64,000 bases of DNA from Desulfobacterales bacterium (GTDB lineage Bacteria > Desulfobacterota > Desulfobacteria > Desulfobacterales > UBA5616), in the NCBI GenBank assembly GCA_046483495.1, contig JAWODC010000067.1, forward strand, positions 96,001-160,000, in the 5' to 3' direction. Below are positions 28,737-39,183 of this stretch, in pieces. Made by a program: the position numbers and the translations under genes. The notes under the pieces are model-generated. The model was not told the origin of the DNA and made no database searches. It saw only the letters and a program-made list of their open reading frames with translations. Position 1 is the first letter of the stretch. Every line of letters starts with the position of its first letter.

Positions 28737-29840
28737 CTACCGGTTCGCCAAACTTTCCCAAAGGGTGGAAAAAAATTTGTGATTCGCTTTATGGAAGGCA
28801 TATCGATGGACTTGTGACGGAGTTATCCATTGATAATCCTCGGGTCCGTTCAGCCGGAGCCTGCCGCCCGCCCATCGGCAGATAAAAACGTCCATGACGA
28901 TTTTGAAATGAGAGTAGGTGTGTCTCACCCGGGTTAAAAACCGCTCCACCCGAACATCCACGCTCAGCATTTCACGCATATGGCGCATGCATGCCTGTTC
29001 GGGCGTTTCATGGTTTTCCACCCTGCCGCCCGGAAATTCCCACAATCCCCCCAGCAATCCACCGGGCTTTCGAAGCGTGATCAGCAGCCGGCCTTTTTTC
29101 ATCACCACTCCCACGGAAATGTGATGTTCCGGAATTCGTCCGGTTTTTCTCCGTTTCGGAAAACCATGGACGCAGCGATTCTGAAGCGCTCTGCAATGCA
29201 ATCGAATGGGGCATTTTCCGCATACAGGCTTTTTCGCGACACAGACAAGCGCTCCGAGCTCCATCATGGCCTGGTTGAACATGCCGGGGTTATCGGCATC
29301 CAGCAGGCGTGTGGCATGCGTTTTATACACGGCGGGAGCGGACGATGCATTGACCGGGTTCTTTTCGCACAAAATGCGGGATAGCACCCGTTTGACATTG
29401 CCGTCCACCGCGGCGTGCGGCTGATCGAATGCCATGCTTAAAACGGCCGAGGCGATGTAATCACCGACGCCGGGCAGCCGTCGAAGGTCTTCATATGCTT
29501 CGGGCATGTGTCCCTGAAAATCCCGGATAAGAAGATGCGCTGCTTCATGCAGCCGGAGGGCTCGCCCGTAATAGCCCAGCCCCTCCCATATCTTGAGCAC
29601 ACGGGATATTTCCGCCCGTGCCAGGGCATGGATATTCGGGAATGCCGATAAAAATTTGCTGTAAAACGGTATGACCGTGTTGACCCGGGTCTGCTGGAGC
29701 ATCACTTCGGACACCCATATGGCATAAGGGTCCCGCGTATCGCGCCATGGCAGCGTTCGCCGGTGTTGATTGTACCATGCCGTTAACGATTTACGGATGT
29801 CGGGAATACAGGGATACAAAATGATGTCGGAGGAACGCAT
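28737..29840 (-). CDS. mutY: A/G-specific adenine glycosylase
   Basis: LPWR, WVSEVMLQQT, WEGLGYY, LPGVG, VDGNVKRV, Fe-S Cys cluster, C-terminal MutT-like domain. Confidence 0.96.
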   Translation of the reverse strand: MRSSDIILYPCIPDIRKSLTAWYNQHRRTLPWRDTRDPYAIWVSEVMLQQTRVNTVIPFYSKFLSAFPNIHALARAEISRVLKIWEGLGYYGRALRLHEAAHLLIRDFQGHMPEAYEDLRRLPGVGDYIASAVLSMAFDQPHAAVDGNVKRVLSRILCEKNPVNASSAPAVYKTHATRLLDADNPGMFNQAMMELGALVCVAKKPVCGKCPIRLHCRALQNRCVHGFPKRRKTGRIPEHHISVGVVMKKGRLLITLRKPGGLLGGLWEFPGGRVENHETPEQACMRHMREMLSVDVRVERFLTRVRHTYSHFKIVMDVFICRWAGGRLRLNGPEDYQWITPSQVHRYAFHKANHKFFSTLWESLANR

Positions 29841-29841
29841 G

Positions 29842-30846
29842 TTACCGGCCCAATTGGTATTTTTGAACGGCCCGGTTATGGTCGCGGAGATTGGTGGAAA
29901 AAACATGCGTCGCGTCTTTCCGGGCGACGAAAAAAAGATAATCGGTATCCGCCGGGAACAGCGCCGCCTCGATCGACTTTATGCCGGGATTGGCGATGGG
30001 GCCGGGGGGAAGCCCTGTAATCATATACGTGTTGTAGGGAGTGCGTGTTGTCAGGTGTTTGCGGGTGATGTTCCCATCGAATTCATGGATGCCGTAGATC
30101 ACGGAAGGATCGCTTTGAAGCCGCATCCCCCTTTTCAGGCGGTTGTGGAAAACAGAAGAGACAAGCGGCCGTTCGGCATCGATTCCGGTTTCCTTTTCGA
30201 TGATGGATGCCAGCGTAACGATCTCATGAACGCTGAACCCTTTCTGCTCTGCGGCTGTTTTCCACTCGGGCTTGAAAACGGACTTGAAACGTTCGGCCAT
30301 GGCGGTGATGATTTCTCCGGCATCCGCATCGCTTGAGAAATAATAGGTTTCCGGAAACAAGTAACCTTCGAACGACGCGGCTTCGAATCCGAATCTGCGG
30401 ACGAATGCTTCGTCCCGGGCCGCCGATAAAAAGGCCTTGCTGTCGCTCCATCCGCCGGATTCCACAGCAGCGGCGATCCGAACCAGATCGTATCCCTCCG
30501 GAATGGTCAACCGGTGAAGGACCACCTCTCCCCGAACCATTTTTTCAAGTATCTGCAATGGGGACATAGACGTGGAAAGACGGTATTCACCCGCCTTGAT
30601 CCGCCTGTCATATCCCTTGATCCTGGCGACCAGTGAGAATTTAAACCGGTGGTCCACCAGGTTTTGGCCGGAAAGAATGTCGATGGCCGTGTCGAAAGGT
30701 CGGCCTGCCGGGATGGTGACGGTTTTTACCACCCTTGTATCGGAGATGGGGGCATCGGCATAACGATATATCTCGAAGGCAACCGCACCGGCGGCCGCAA
30801 ATCCGACACATATCAATGCTATGATTATTTTCAGCAACTTGAACAT
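29842..30846 (-). CDS. mltG: Endolytic transglycosylase MltG
   Basis: N-terminal TM, TIPEG, EGYLFPETY, LASIIEKE, LQSDP, PYNTY, GLPPGPIANPG. Confidence 0.96.
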   Translation of the reverse strand: MFKLLKIIIALICVGFAAAGAVAFEIYRYADAPISDTRVVKTVTIPAGRPFDTAIDILSGQNLVDHRFKFSLVARIKGYDRRIKAGEYRLSTSMSPLQILEKMVRGEVVLHRLTIPEGYDLVRIAAAVESGGWSDSKAFLSAARDEAFVRRFGFEAASFEGYLFPETYYFSSDADAGEIITAMAERFKSVFKPEWKTAAEQKGFSVHEIVTLASIIEKETGIDAERPLVSSVFHNRLKRGMRLQSDPSVIYGIHEFDGNITRKHLTTRTPYNTYMITGLPPGPIANPGIKSIEAALFPADTDYLFFVARKDATHVFSTNLRDHNRAVQKYQLGR

Positions 30847-31060
30847 TCCTTTCGATCGTGGGACCTGAAGTTTTTTTTATTCCGTTATTATGTAAAAATA
30901 CGGATCATGTCAAATGCCATTCGAGGCGGTGTCCGGCGAATAGACGGCAAAATTGACTAATGGCCCTGAAAAGGGTATTTTGGCGTAAACAAAGGTGAAG
31001 TATAGTGCCGCTCATCGCCGTGTGCATATCCGGCCGCAAATGGATCATGGAAGAGATCAG

Positions 31061-32218
31061 ATGCGAAAAAAGGAATTGGAATATCAGGGATTCGAACAGG
31101 GGCCGATCAGACCGCCATCCGAGGCTTACAGCCTGCTGATTCGAATTACGCGAAACTGCCCGTGGAATCATTGCGCATTCTGCGGGGTTTATAAAGGGAC
31201 CCGTTTCTCGATTCGTCCCGTAGACCATGTGATCCGGGATATCGATGAAGTTTACCGGTATGTTAAAACCATCATGGATCTGGCCGATGAAAATGGAAAC
31301 GTGCAGGCATCCGATATACAAAAGGCGGTCGGAAATATAACGGCATGTGATTTGCCGCCGTTTCAAGCGGCATACAACTGGATGGCCGGTGGTATGCAGT
31401 CCGTGTTTCTTCAGGATGCCAACAGCCTGATCATCAAACCCGCCGATCTCATGCGTATTCTCGAGCATTTAAAAATGCGGTTTCCGTGGGTAAAACGGAT
31501 AACGTCGTATGCGCGATCCCACACCATAGCCCGCATTTCCGACGATGACCTGGCCGGCATTCGATCGGCCGGATTGAACCGGATACACATCGGCCTTGAA
31601 TCCGCTTCGGATGAAGTGCTTAAAATGATGAAAAAAGGGGTGACCAAGGCGGACCACATCAAGGCGGGGCGAAAGGCGAAACGCGCCGGGATCGAGCTTT
31701 CCGAATACGTGATGCCGGGATTGGGCGGACGGAAACAATCCCGTGTGCATGCTTTGGAAACCGCCGACGCGCTGAACCGAATCAATCCCGATTTTATTCG
31801 AATACGGACGCTTGCGCTTCCCGGCGGCATTCCGCTTTTGGATGAAGTGGCTGCCGGCCGTTTCGAAAAACCTACGGATACGGAGATGATTCTTGAAATT
31901 TACACGATGATCGATGCCCTTGAAGGGATTGACAGCACCATCGTCAGCGACCACATTTTGAACATGTTCCAGGAAGTCGAGGGTAAGCTGCCGAAGGACA
32001 AGGACCGAGTGCTCGGTGTACTTCAAATGTATCTGGATATGGATCCGGATGAACAGTGCTTGTATCAGGTCGGTCGGCGGTTGGGATATTTTACCTTTTT
32101 AGCCGATCTGAAGAATCCGGAATTGCGCAGCCGTGTCGAACAGCGGCGTGAACGGTTAAAGATCACGCCGGAAAATGTCGATGATGTGCTTAACCGGGTG
32201 ACACAGCGGTTCGTTTAA
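31061..32218 (+). CDS. Radical SAM protein of unknown function
   Basis: IRPPSEA, CPWNHCAFC, FLQDAN, HIGLES, SDHILN. Confidence 0.88.
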   Translation: MRKKELEYQGFEQGPIRPPSEAYSLLIRITRNCPWNHCAFCGVYKGTRFSIRPVDHVIRDIDEVYRYVKTIMDLADENGNVQASDIQKAVGNITACDLPPFQAAYNWMAGGMQSVFLQDANSLIIKPADLMRILEHLKMRFPWVKRITSYARSHTIARISDDDLAGIRSAGLNRIHIGLESASDEVLKMMKKGVTKADHIKAGRKAKRAGIELSEYVMPGLGGRKQSRVHALETADALNRINPDFIRIRTLALPGGIPLLDEVAAGRFEKPTDTEMILEIYTMIDALEGIDSTIVSDHILNMFQEVEGKLPKDKDRVLGVLQMYLDMDPDEQCLYQVGRRLGYFTFLADLKNPELRSRVEQRRERLKITPENVDDVLNRVTQRFV

Positions 32219-32319
32219 CGATGTCCTTGTGCACCGCATCTTCATCGTTGGAATTGCCTTTTCCGGATGGGCGCTTTTTACTGAATGCTTTACAGCAAAA
32301 AACAGGGTAAACGCTGATT

Positions 32320-32550
32320 ATGTTCAAACATGTGATTAACCGACAATGGTGCAAGGGATGCGGCATATGTGTTCATTTTTGCCCTAAGAGCGTCCTTGAG
32401 TTGGACGATAAAGAGAAAGTCGCGGCGGTCAGGCCGCAAGACTGTATCGGTTGCAGACTGTGCGAATATCGTTGTCCGGATCTTGCCATCGAAGTGGTAA
32501 CACAACAGGATGAAGAGCATGCCGAAAGAAAAGCGATTTGTACAGGGTAA
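32320..32550 (+). CDS. 2-oxoacid:ferredoxin oxidoreductase delta subunit (2x[4Fe-4S] ferredoxin)
   Basis: CKGCGICVHFCP, CIGCRLCEYRCPDLAI; first gene of the operon. Confidence 0.92.
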   Translation: MFKHVINRQWCKGCGICVHFCPKSVLELDDKEKVAAVRPQDCIGCRLCEYRCPDLAIEVVTQQDEEHAERKAICTG

Positions 32551-33667
32551 CCAGGCATGTGCCGAGGCCGCGCTTTACGCGGGCCTCGATTTTTTTGCCG
32601 GGTACCCCATCACCCCCTCCACGGAAATCGCCGAACACCTGGCTTATGAGCTTCCAAAAGTGGGCGGCAAGTTTATACAGATGGAAGACGAAATCGCCTC
32701 GATTTGTGCGATTATCGGCGCTTCCCTGACCGGGGATAAAGTGATGACGGCAACCAGCGGGCCGGGTTTTTCCTTGATGCAGGAGGCCCTGGGCTACGCT
32801 GTGATGACGGAAATCCCCTGCGTAATCGTCAATGTCCAGCGCGGAGGGCCATCCACCGGTCTGCCCACCAGCACCGGGCAGGGGGACGTGTACCAGGCCA
32901 GGTGGGGAACGCATGGGGATCATGCCGTCATCGTTCTGACCGCATCCTGCGGTCAGGACGTGTTCGCCATAACCGTGGACGCCTTCAACCTGGCGGAAAC
33001 ATACCGCACACCGGTGGTCCTTCTTTTCGATGAAATCGTGGGCCATACCCGTGAACCGCTGGTCATCCCGAACAAGGGCGAAATCCCGCTGGTCAGACGG
33101 TTGCAAACTTCGGTGCCTGAAGGCGTGGATTACCACCCCTATCTGCCCCGGGAGGACGGCCGGCTGCCGATGTCCGATTTCGGTGGTGTACACCGCTACA
33201 ACGTAACGGGCCTTTTCCACGATATGTGGGGATTTCCTACCAGGGATCCTGCGACGGTCAGCGATCTTCTCCATCATCTCGTAGATAAAATCAGAAACAA
33301 TGTCCATGCGATCACCCGGTTTAGAACTTACGAATTGGAAGATGCGGAATGCATCCTGGTTTCCTACGGATGTTCGGCCCGGTCTTCACTTGAAGTCGTG
33401 GAAAGCAGAAGGGCCAGAGGTGAAAAGCTGGGTATGCTGGAGCTTCAATCCCTGTGGCCGTTTCCTTATGACCTCGTACGGGAGAAATGTGCTCGCGCCA
33501 AGCACATCGTCGTTGTCGAGATGAACATGGGTCAAATCGTTCGCGCGGTCAAACGGGCCGTGGACCGGCCTGAACGGGTGGTCCTGGCGAACCGCTTCGA
33601 CGGCGTCTTTATAACTCCTGCGGATATTCGAAATATTCTGCGCATTATTCAGGGAAAAGGGGTTTAG
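32519..33667 (+). CDS. korA: 2-oxoacid:ferredoxin oxidoreductase alpha subunit (KorA-like)
   Basis: GYPITPSTE, QMEDEI, TATSGPGFSLMQE, QRGGPSTG, VEMNMGQ; substrate specificity not determined. Confidence 0.9.
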   Translation: MPKEKRFVQGNQACAEAALYAGLDFFAGYPITPSTEIAEHLAYELPKVGGKFIQMEDEIASICAIIGASLTGDKVMTATSGPGFSLMQEALGYAVMTEIPCVIVNVQRGGPSTGLPTSTGQGDVYQARWGTHGDHAVIVLTASCGQDVFAITVDAFNLAETYRTPVVLLFDEIVGHTREPLVIPNKGEIPLVRRLQTSVPEGVDYHPYLPREDGRLPMSDFGGVHRYNVTGLFHDMWGFPTRDPATVSDLLHHLVDKIRNNVHAITRFRTYELEDAECILVSYGCSARSSLEVVESRRARGEKLGMLELQSLWPFPYDLVREKCARAKHIVVVEMNMGQIVRAVKRAVDRPERVVLANRFDGVFITPADIRNILRIIQGKGV

Positions 33668-33668
33668 C

Positions 33669-34475
33669 ATGGCGGTGCGAGATTACATCAGGGAAAAATT
33701 TTTTCCACATTTGTGGTGCCCGGGGTGCGGCCACGGCATTGTTCTCAACTGCCTGCTGAGAGCCGTCGAACAGATGGGGCTCGATAAAAACGACATCGTG
33801 ATGGTTTCCGGCATCGGATGCTCCGCCAGAATTTCAGGATATGTGGATTTTCATACGCTCCATACGTTGCACGGCAGGGCCCTTGCCTTTGCAACGGGCG
33901 TGAAGATGAGCCGACCTGACCTGAACCTGATCGTGCCCATGGGGGACGGGGATGCACTGGCTATCGGCGGGAATCATTTCATTCACGCGGCGCGACGGAA
34001 TATCGATATCACGGCTCTCGTTATGAACAACAGGGTGTACGGAATGACGGGCGGGCAGTTTTCACCGCTGTCCGGGTTCGGCACCTCGGCCACTACGGCA
34101 CCCTATATGAGCATCGATCATGAATTTGACGTGGTGGAAATCGCCCGGGCTGCGGGGGCATCTTTCATTGCGCGGTCCACCACCTACCATGTGAAGCAAT
34201 TAACCGACTTTATCATAAAAGCCGTTCGACACAAAGGCTTCTCCGTAGTTGAAATAATGACGCAGTGCCCCACGTATTTCGGCAGAAAAAACAAGCTGGG
34301 GAACGCCGCCCGAATGATGGAGCTGTTCAAGACCCAAACGACACCGATCGGCTCCTCGGCAAAGTCGGAAAACCCGGATCTCATCGAACGGGGCATATTC
34401 GTGGAAAAGGATATTCCGGAATACTGCGAGGAATACAACAAAGTCATTCTAAAGGCGATGAAGGAAAAATCCTGA
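33669..34475 (+). CDS. korB: 2-oxoacid:ferredoxin oxidoreductase beta subunit (KorB-like)
   Basis: WCPGCGHG, SGIGC, HGRA, TPP motif GDGD...NN, YGMTGGQ, QCPT. Confidence 0.9.
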   Translation: MAVRDYIREKFFPHLWCPGCGHGIVLNCLLRAVEQMGLDKNDIVMVSGIGCSARISGYVDFHTLHTLHGRALAFATGVKMSRPDLNLIVPMGDGDALAIGGNHFIHAARRNIDITALVMNNRVYGMTGGQFSPLSGFGTSATTAPYMSIDHEFDVVEIARAAGASFIARSTTYHVKQLTDFIIKAVRHKGFSVVEIMTQCPTYFGRKNKLGNAARMMELFKTQTTPIGSSAKSENPDLIERGIFVEKDIPEYCEEYNKVILKAMKEKS

Positions 34476-35047
34476 TGGAGATCTGCAGAATCGTGTTTGC
34501 CGGCTCAGGAGGGCAGGGGGTGATCACAGCGGCTATTGTGCTGGCCGAAGCCGCCGTTATATACGAGGATCTCATTGCAGTCCAGTCCCAGAGCTACGGG
34601 CCGGAGGCCAGAGGCGGGTCCACCCGGTCGGATGTCATCGTTGCCGATTCCCCCATTCGGTATCCAAAGGTAAATCAGCCGAATGTCCTGGTCTGCCTTA
34701 CACAGGAATCCTATAACAAATATTATCCGATCATCCGTCCCGGAGGCATTTTAATAACGGATCTCAGGCATGTCACTCCTCTTTCACGTGGGGATGCCCG
34801 GCAACTGGCGCTGCCGATATATGATACCGTAATGGCTGAAATCGGCAGTCCCGTGGTCCAGAACATCTGCATGCTGGGAGCGGTGGCGGGTATCACCGGA
34901 CTGGTTCGCCGGGAGTCGATTATGAGTTCACTTAAAGGGCGCGTTCCCCCGGAATTTCTCGCCATGAACCAAAAGGCCCTCAGGCTGGGGTTCGGGCTTG
35001 TTGCGGACAGAAAAGATGCCTATCCCGCCTGTATGATGAGGGTATGA
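34475..35047 (+). CDS. korC: 2-oxoacid:ferredoxin oxidoreductase gamma subunit
   Basis: GSGGQG, QSYGPEARGG, NICMLG; ATG overlaps the beta-subunit stop. Confidence 0.9.
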   Translation: MEICRIVFAGSGGQGVITAAIVLAEAAVIYEDLIAVQSQSYGPEARGGSTRSDVIVADSPIRYPKVNQPNVLVCLTQESYNKYYPIIRPGGILITDLRHVTPLSRGDARQLALPIYDTVMAEIGSPVVQNICMLGAVAGITGLVRRESIMSSLKGRVPPEFLAMNQKALRLGFGLVADRKDAYPACMMRV

Positions 35048-36240
35048 CGATGCTCGAGGAAAACGGCGGCCTGTACATTCACGTGCCGTTTTGCGTCCGA
35101 AAGTGCCGCTATTGCGACTTTTATTCGGAAACGGATCTTGCCCCCATCGATGCCTTTGTGGATGCCGTTGTCCGTGAAACGGCAATGATCGAGAAACCGC
35201 TCATGAAGTTCGATTCGCTTTACTTGGGTGGTGGAACCCCGTCTTTACTATTTCCGGATCATGTGCAAACCCTCATCGAGGCCATTCGGAATGCTTTCGA
35301 ACTGGTGCCCGGTAGTGAAATCACGCTTGAAGCCAACCCCAAGACCACTTCGGCCGTTCAATTGACCCGATACCGTGCCGCCGGTATAAACCGCATACAC
35401 CTGGGTGTTCAGTCTTTCAACGATCGGCGCCTGGCCTTTTTAGGGAGGATGCACACATCAGCGGATGCCGAATCGACACTGCAACAAGCCCGAAACGCCG
35501 GCTTCGAGAATCTGGGAATCGATCTGATCTACGGCCTTCCCGGCCAGACCCTGTCCGACTGGTTCTCTGATTTGAGGCGGGCCGTTTATTTCCGGCCGGA
35601 ACACCTTTCCTGCTACATGCTGACACTGGAGCCCGGGACACCGCTTTTCGAAGATGCCGCGGCCGGAAAATTCACGTCCTTGTCCGATGCCAAAACCCGC
35701 GATCTCTATATGGCCACCGTGGCGTTTCTGGAAGAACACGGATATGACCAGTACGAAATATCCAATTTTGCATCGAGGCCTTCCCCTGCCGTGACAGAGG
35801 CCGGCGGACATACATTCGACCCGGAAAACCCCTGCAAATCCCATCACAATCGAAAATATTGGTCCGGCGCACCCTATTTGGGGTTTGGACCTTCCGCACA
35901 CTCCCATGTCGCCCGGCAACGGTGGTGGAATGCTCGGAGCCTGACCGGGTATTTAAAAAGTATTCTGAACGGGCATCTTCCCATTGAGGAAAGGGAAGTC
36001 CTCTCTCGAGAGCAGGTGATAATCGAATCCGTTTATCTGGGACTGAGAACGGTTCGCGGCATCGATGTCGCGGCATTCGAAACACATTATGGGGTGAATT
36101 TCACGCGTACTTTTGAACCGGTTCTCGGCCCGCTGGTGAATGCCGGACTGATGGAATGCCTGCCGGATAGGTGCAGACTGACGCGCCGCGGAATGCTTTA
36201 CCTGGACACGATAGCCGATCGAATGATTACCGTGCTGTAA
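35044..36240 (+). CDS. hemW: Radical SAM heme chaperone HemW (HemN-like)
   Basis: LYIHVPFCVRKCRYCDF, GGGTPS, EANP, DLIYGLP, YEISNF, HNRKYW. Confidence 0.93.
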   Translation: MTMLEENGGLYIHVPFCVRKCRYCDFYSETDLAPIDAFVDAVVRETAMIEKPLMKFDSLYLGGGTPSLLFPDHVQTLIEAIRNAFELVPGSEITLEANPKTTSAVQLTRYRAAGINRIHLGVQSFNDRRLAFLGRMHTSADAESTLQQARNAGFENLGIDLIYGLPGQTLSDWFSDLRRAVYFRPEHLSCYMLTLEPGTPLFEDAAAGKFTSLSDAKTRDLYMATVAFLEEHGYDQYEISNFASRPSPAVTEAGGHTFDPENPCKSHHNRKYWSGAPYLGFGPSAHSHVARQRWWNARSLTGYLKSILNGHLPIEEREVLSREQVIIESVYLGLRTVRGIDVAAFETHYGVNFTRTFEPVLGPLVNAGLMECLPDRCRLTRRGMLYLDTIADRMITVL

Positions 36241-36280
36241 TTCCTTCGGCATTCACCTGCACCTGAAGCGTGGGCGTTTT

Positions 36281-37651
36281 TCATGCCTTGGATTCCCGTA
36301 CGATTCCCAGTGACGTTTTGAACAGTATGGGCCCGATAACCTGGTTGATTGCAATAACGGCCAGGATGATCGTCGTCAGGTATCCGCCGATCTGGGGAAA
36401 CTGTTTTCCGGCCAGCTGGGCAAGCCCGATGGATACCCCGGCTTGTGTGAGATAAGCCATCCACGCACTATTGGAATGAGAAACGGGGTCGCGATTGATC
36501 ATTCCTGCAATCGAGGAAGAGATGAAAATGCCGATTGCACGCATACCGACCAGGCAGACGGCGAGCGGCCAGCATAAAAGAAGAGAGAATAAGTTCAGTG
36601 AAGCGCCGGCATGGGTAAAGAAAAGGACGAATATGGGGAGTGACATACGGTCCAATGTCGACATAAACGGCGTTCCGGAAGGGGTAAAGTTTCGAACGAC
36701 AAAGCCGGCACTCATGCAAATCAGCAGGGGCTCTAAATGGAAGGAGGCGTTGAAATTGGCTTCCATAACGTTGGCCAGCCATAAAGAGACCTTGGTAACG
36801 CTGAATGCAAAAAAAAGCAGAAGCAGAATGAGGTCCCGGCCGACATGTTGAATGTAGATCGAAAGTCCCTTTCCAAGGACGGCACCGATGATGAAGGAAA
36901 CGGCCAGCTCGATTCCCAGTGCAACGAATGCCTCGTGCTGCAAAAACGCTTTTCCGGACAGCAGAATCTGGGAAACGGCCATGGCGATGGTAAAAAATAC
37001 GATGATCAATACATCGATAAGAATGGTGACCCCCAACACCGTTTCGGTAAACGGACCGGATGCCCTGCTTTCGCTGATAATGGCAATCGCCGATGACGGG
37101 GACCGGGCAACGGAAATCACGCCGAGCAAGACCGCCATTACGGAAAGGTGGACCGGAGAAATGTGGCGGGTCATTTCGAATCGGTTGCCCACGAGCATGA
37201 AAAATCCGAATACGATCAGAAAAACCGTAATGGATTGAAACACGGTGTTCAGCAGGATAGCCGACGCCCTGTTTTTCAGGGACTTCAGTTCGAGCTTTCC
37301 CCCGGCTGTCAAGGCAATGACGGCCAATGCCAGATCGTTTATCAGCAGCAGCCGTTCGACCATTTCGCCGGAAAGAAATTCGGTGATGTATGGCCCTGCC
37401 ACGATGCCGGTGAAGATGTACCCGCTGATCATGGGCAGCTTCAGTGTTTTCAGGATGCGGGCCGTCACATAGGATATCAGCAGGATAAAACCCACAGAGA
37501 AATTGATCAATCCGGCTTTTTGCCAGGCCGTTTCGGGATGAATGCTTTTCAGCCAAAAGGCCATGAGAACCATGAGAACCCATATGACGACATATGCCCT
37601 CAAATTTATGCCTTTTCCTGTTGGCTGCTGCATATAAGACGCTTTCTTCAA
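36281..37651 (-). CDS. Cation:proton antiporter (CPA superfamily, membrane domain only)
   Basis: Many hydrophobic segments; LPMISGY, AGGKL, SPSSAIAII, QAGVSIGLA, INQVIGP; start uncertain. Confidence 0.8.
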   Translation of the reverse strand: MKKASYMQQPTGKGINLRAYVVIWVLMVLMAFWLKSIHPETAWQKAGLINFSVGFILLISYVTARILKTLKLPMISGYIFTGIVAGPYITEFLSGEMVERLLLINDLALAVIALTAGGKLELKSLKNRASAILLNTVFQSITVFLIVFGFFMLVGNRFEMTRHISPVHLSVMAVLLGVISVARSPSSAIAIISESRASGPFTETVLGVTILIDVLIIVFFTIAMAVSQILLSGKAFLQHEAFVALGIELAVSFIIGAVLGKGLSIYIQHVGRDLILLLLFFAFSVTKVSLWLANVMEANFNASFHLEPLLICMSAGFVVRNFTPSGTPFMSTLDRMSLPIFVLFFTHAGASLNLFSLLLCWPLAVCLVGMRAIGIFISSSIAGMINRDPVSHSNSAWMAYLTQAGVSIGLAQLAGKQFPQIGGYLTTIILAVIAINQVIGPILFKTSLGIVRESKA

Positions 37652-37782
37652 CGATGATTCACATCGTGATCCTTAATACCGGCTTATCTTCTCGTTTCAG
37701 GAATGATAAATAGGCGATCAGGGGTGGACGGCAACCGAAACAAACTGCGCCTCATCGTGTTTCACAACATCCGAAGCGGATT

Positions 37783-39183
37783 TTATCGATCCGCCGTTCC
37801 GGTTCTCCATTGCCGGTATCGCCGGAGTGCCGCCAGTGCATAAACAGCCCGTTCAGGCGTCGTGAATACGGGAATGGACGGCTCCAGGGTGTCTTTGAAT
37901 AAATCCACAAGATGTTTGTGGCTGATGACAGCGACGGCCAAGGGTTTGTCGAAACGACGGTGCTTCAAAGAGGTGCTGCTGCCGAAGAAGAAGGATTCCA
38001 GCGTAACCGAGGATGCCATATGGCGATAGGCGGCATACGGGATGGCGATAATGGCAAGCACCATGTCGATTTCCGGATCTTCCATCATGGCGGCGAACGC
38101 CTTTGGAAATTGGGCGGAAGGGCCTACATCCAATGGATTCTTTATGTTCATCCAGCCCGGTGCGCCCTCCCGGACGGCCGTAACGATGCTTTCGGACAAC
38201 GGTGCGAGGACAAGCCCCTGTTCAACGGCATAATCGGTGGCCAGGGCGCCCATGCTGCCGCTGCCGGTGATGATCCCGAGCCGGTTCCCCTTGGGAAGAG
38301 GCTGTGTAGGGAACACCCGGGCGAAATCAACGAGGTCCTGCAGCGTTTTTGCCCGAATGGCCCCTGTTTGGGAGAACATCCCTTCATAGAGGGCGTCTTC
38401 TCCGGACAGGCTGCCGGTGTGGGATGACGTTGCGGCTTTCCCCGGTTCGGTCTTTCCGCTCTTCAAGATCATTACCGGTTTGTCTTGTGACACAATTTTC
38501 AAATGTTCTTTAAGGCGCCTTCCTTCGGCGGAGCCTTCGATGTACATGACAATGGCGCTCGTTTCCGGATCACGATGAAAGTAGGACAAGACGTCGATTT
38601 CATCGATCACGAGCCGGTTGCCCAGGGTGACCGCCTTGGATATGGAAATGCCGTATTCATTGAAGCGCTCGAGAAGGTTATGTCCGAATACGCCGCTCTG
38701 AGCCATGACCGCGAGATTGCCGGGCTGAAACGCCTCCGGCATGAGTTCGGTTGTGCTGAAGCGGTTGGCGGTATTGACGACCCCGACGCAGTTGGGCCCG
38801 ATAACGTTCAGTCCGTACCGCAAGGAGACCGCCCTGGCGGTTTCCTGCAGGTGCTCCCCTGCCTTTCCGGCTTCGGCGAATCCTGCGCTCATGAGGATGA
38901 CATGCCGGATGCCGGATTCGCCGATGTCGGTCAGGACCTCGGGTACGGCCGGTGCCGGGACGATGACCACGGCCAGGTCTACGAGATCGTAAATGTCATG
39001 AACGGAGGTGTACACGGGCATGCCGTGAAGACGCCCGCCGTTCGGGTTGACCAGGAAGGTCCTGTCTCCCCAGCCGTTTTCCTTTAAATTGGCGGGCAGC
39101 ATATACCCGAAGCCCGGGGTGCTTCTGGCACCAATCACGGCGATACCGTCGGGGTTGAAAAAGGGGTGGAGCGATTTTTCCAT
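37783..39183 (-). CDS. ADP-forming acyl-CoA synthetase alpha-subunit family
   Basis: AVIGA, LVNP, SAGFAE, GPNCVG, QSG, SSHTGSLSG, NPLD; starts immediately after the topA stop. Confidence 0.88.
   Translation of the reverse strand: MEKSLHPFFNPDGIAVIGARSTPGFGYMLPANLKENGWGDRTFLVNPNGGRLHGMPVYTSVHDIYDLVDLAVVIVPAPAVPEVLTDIGESGIRHVILMSAGFAEAGKAGEHLQETARAVSLRYGLNVIGPNCVGVVNTANRFSTTELMPEAFQPGNLAVMAQSGVFGHNLLERFNEYGISISKAVTLGNRLVIDEIDVLSYFHRDPETSAIVMYIEGSAEGRRLKEHLKIVSQDKPVMILKSGKTEPGKAATSSHTGSLSGEDALYEGMFSQTGAIRAKTLQDLVDFARVFPTQPLPKGNRLGIITGSGSMGALATDYAVEQGLVLAPLSESIVTAVREGAPGWMNIKNPLDVGPSAQFPKAFAAMMEDPEIDMVLAIIAIPYAAYRHMASSVTLESFFFGSSTSLKHRRFDKPLAVAVISHKHLVDLFKDTLEPSIPVFTTPERAVYALAALRRYRQWRTGTADR

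Noticed and set aside
29000..29070. Active MutT domain fused to MutY
   Set aside because: The Nudix box is degenerate (RHMREM instead of RExxEE); this is the ordinary MutY C-terminal domain.
36468..37583. 371-aa alternative-frame ORF within the antiporter gene, and other long shadow ORFs (e.g. 4458-5324, 12183-13055, 32429-33307)
   Set aside because: They overlap well-supported genes and show no recognisable motifs; such ORFs are expected in moderately GC-rich coding DNA.
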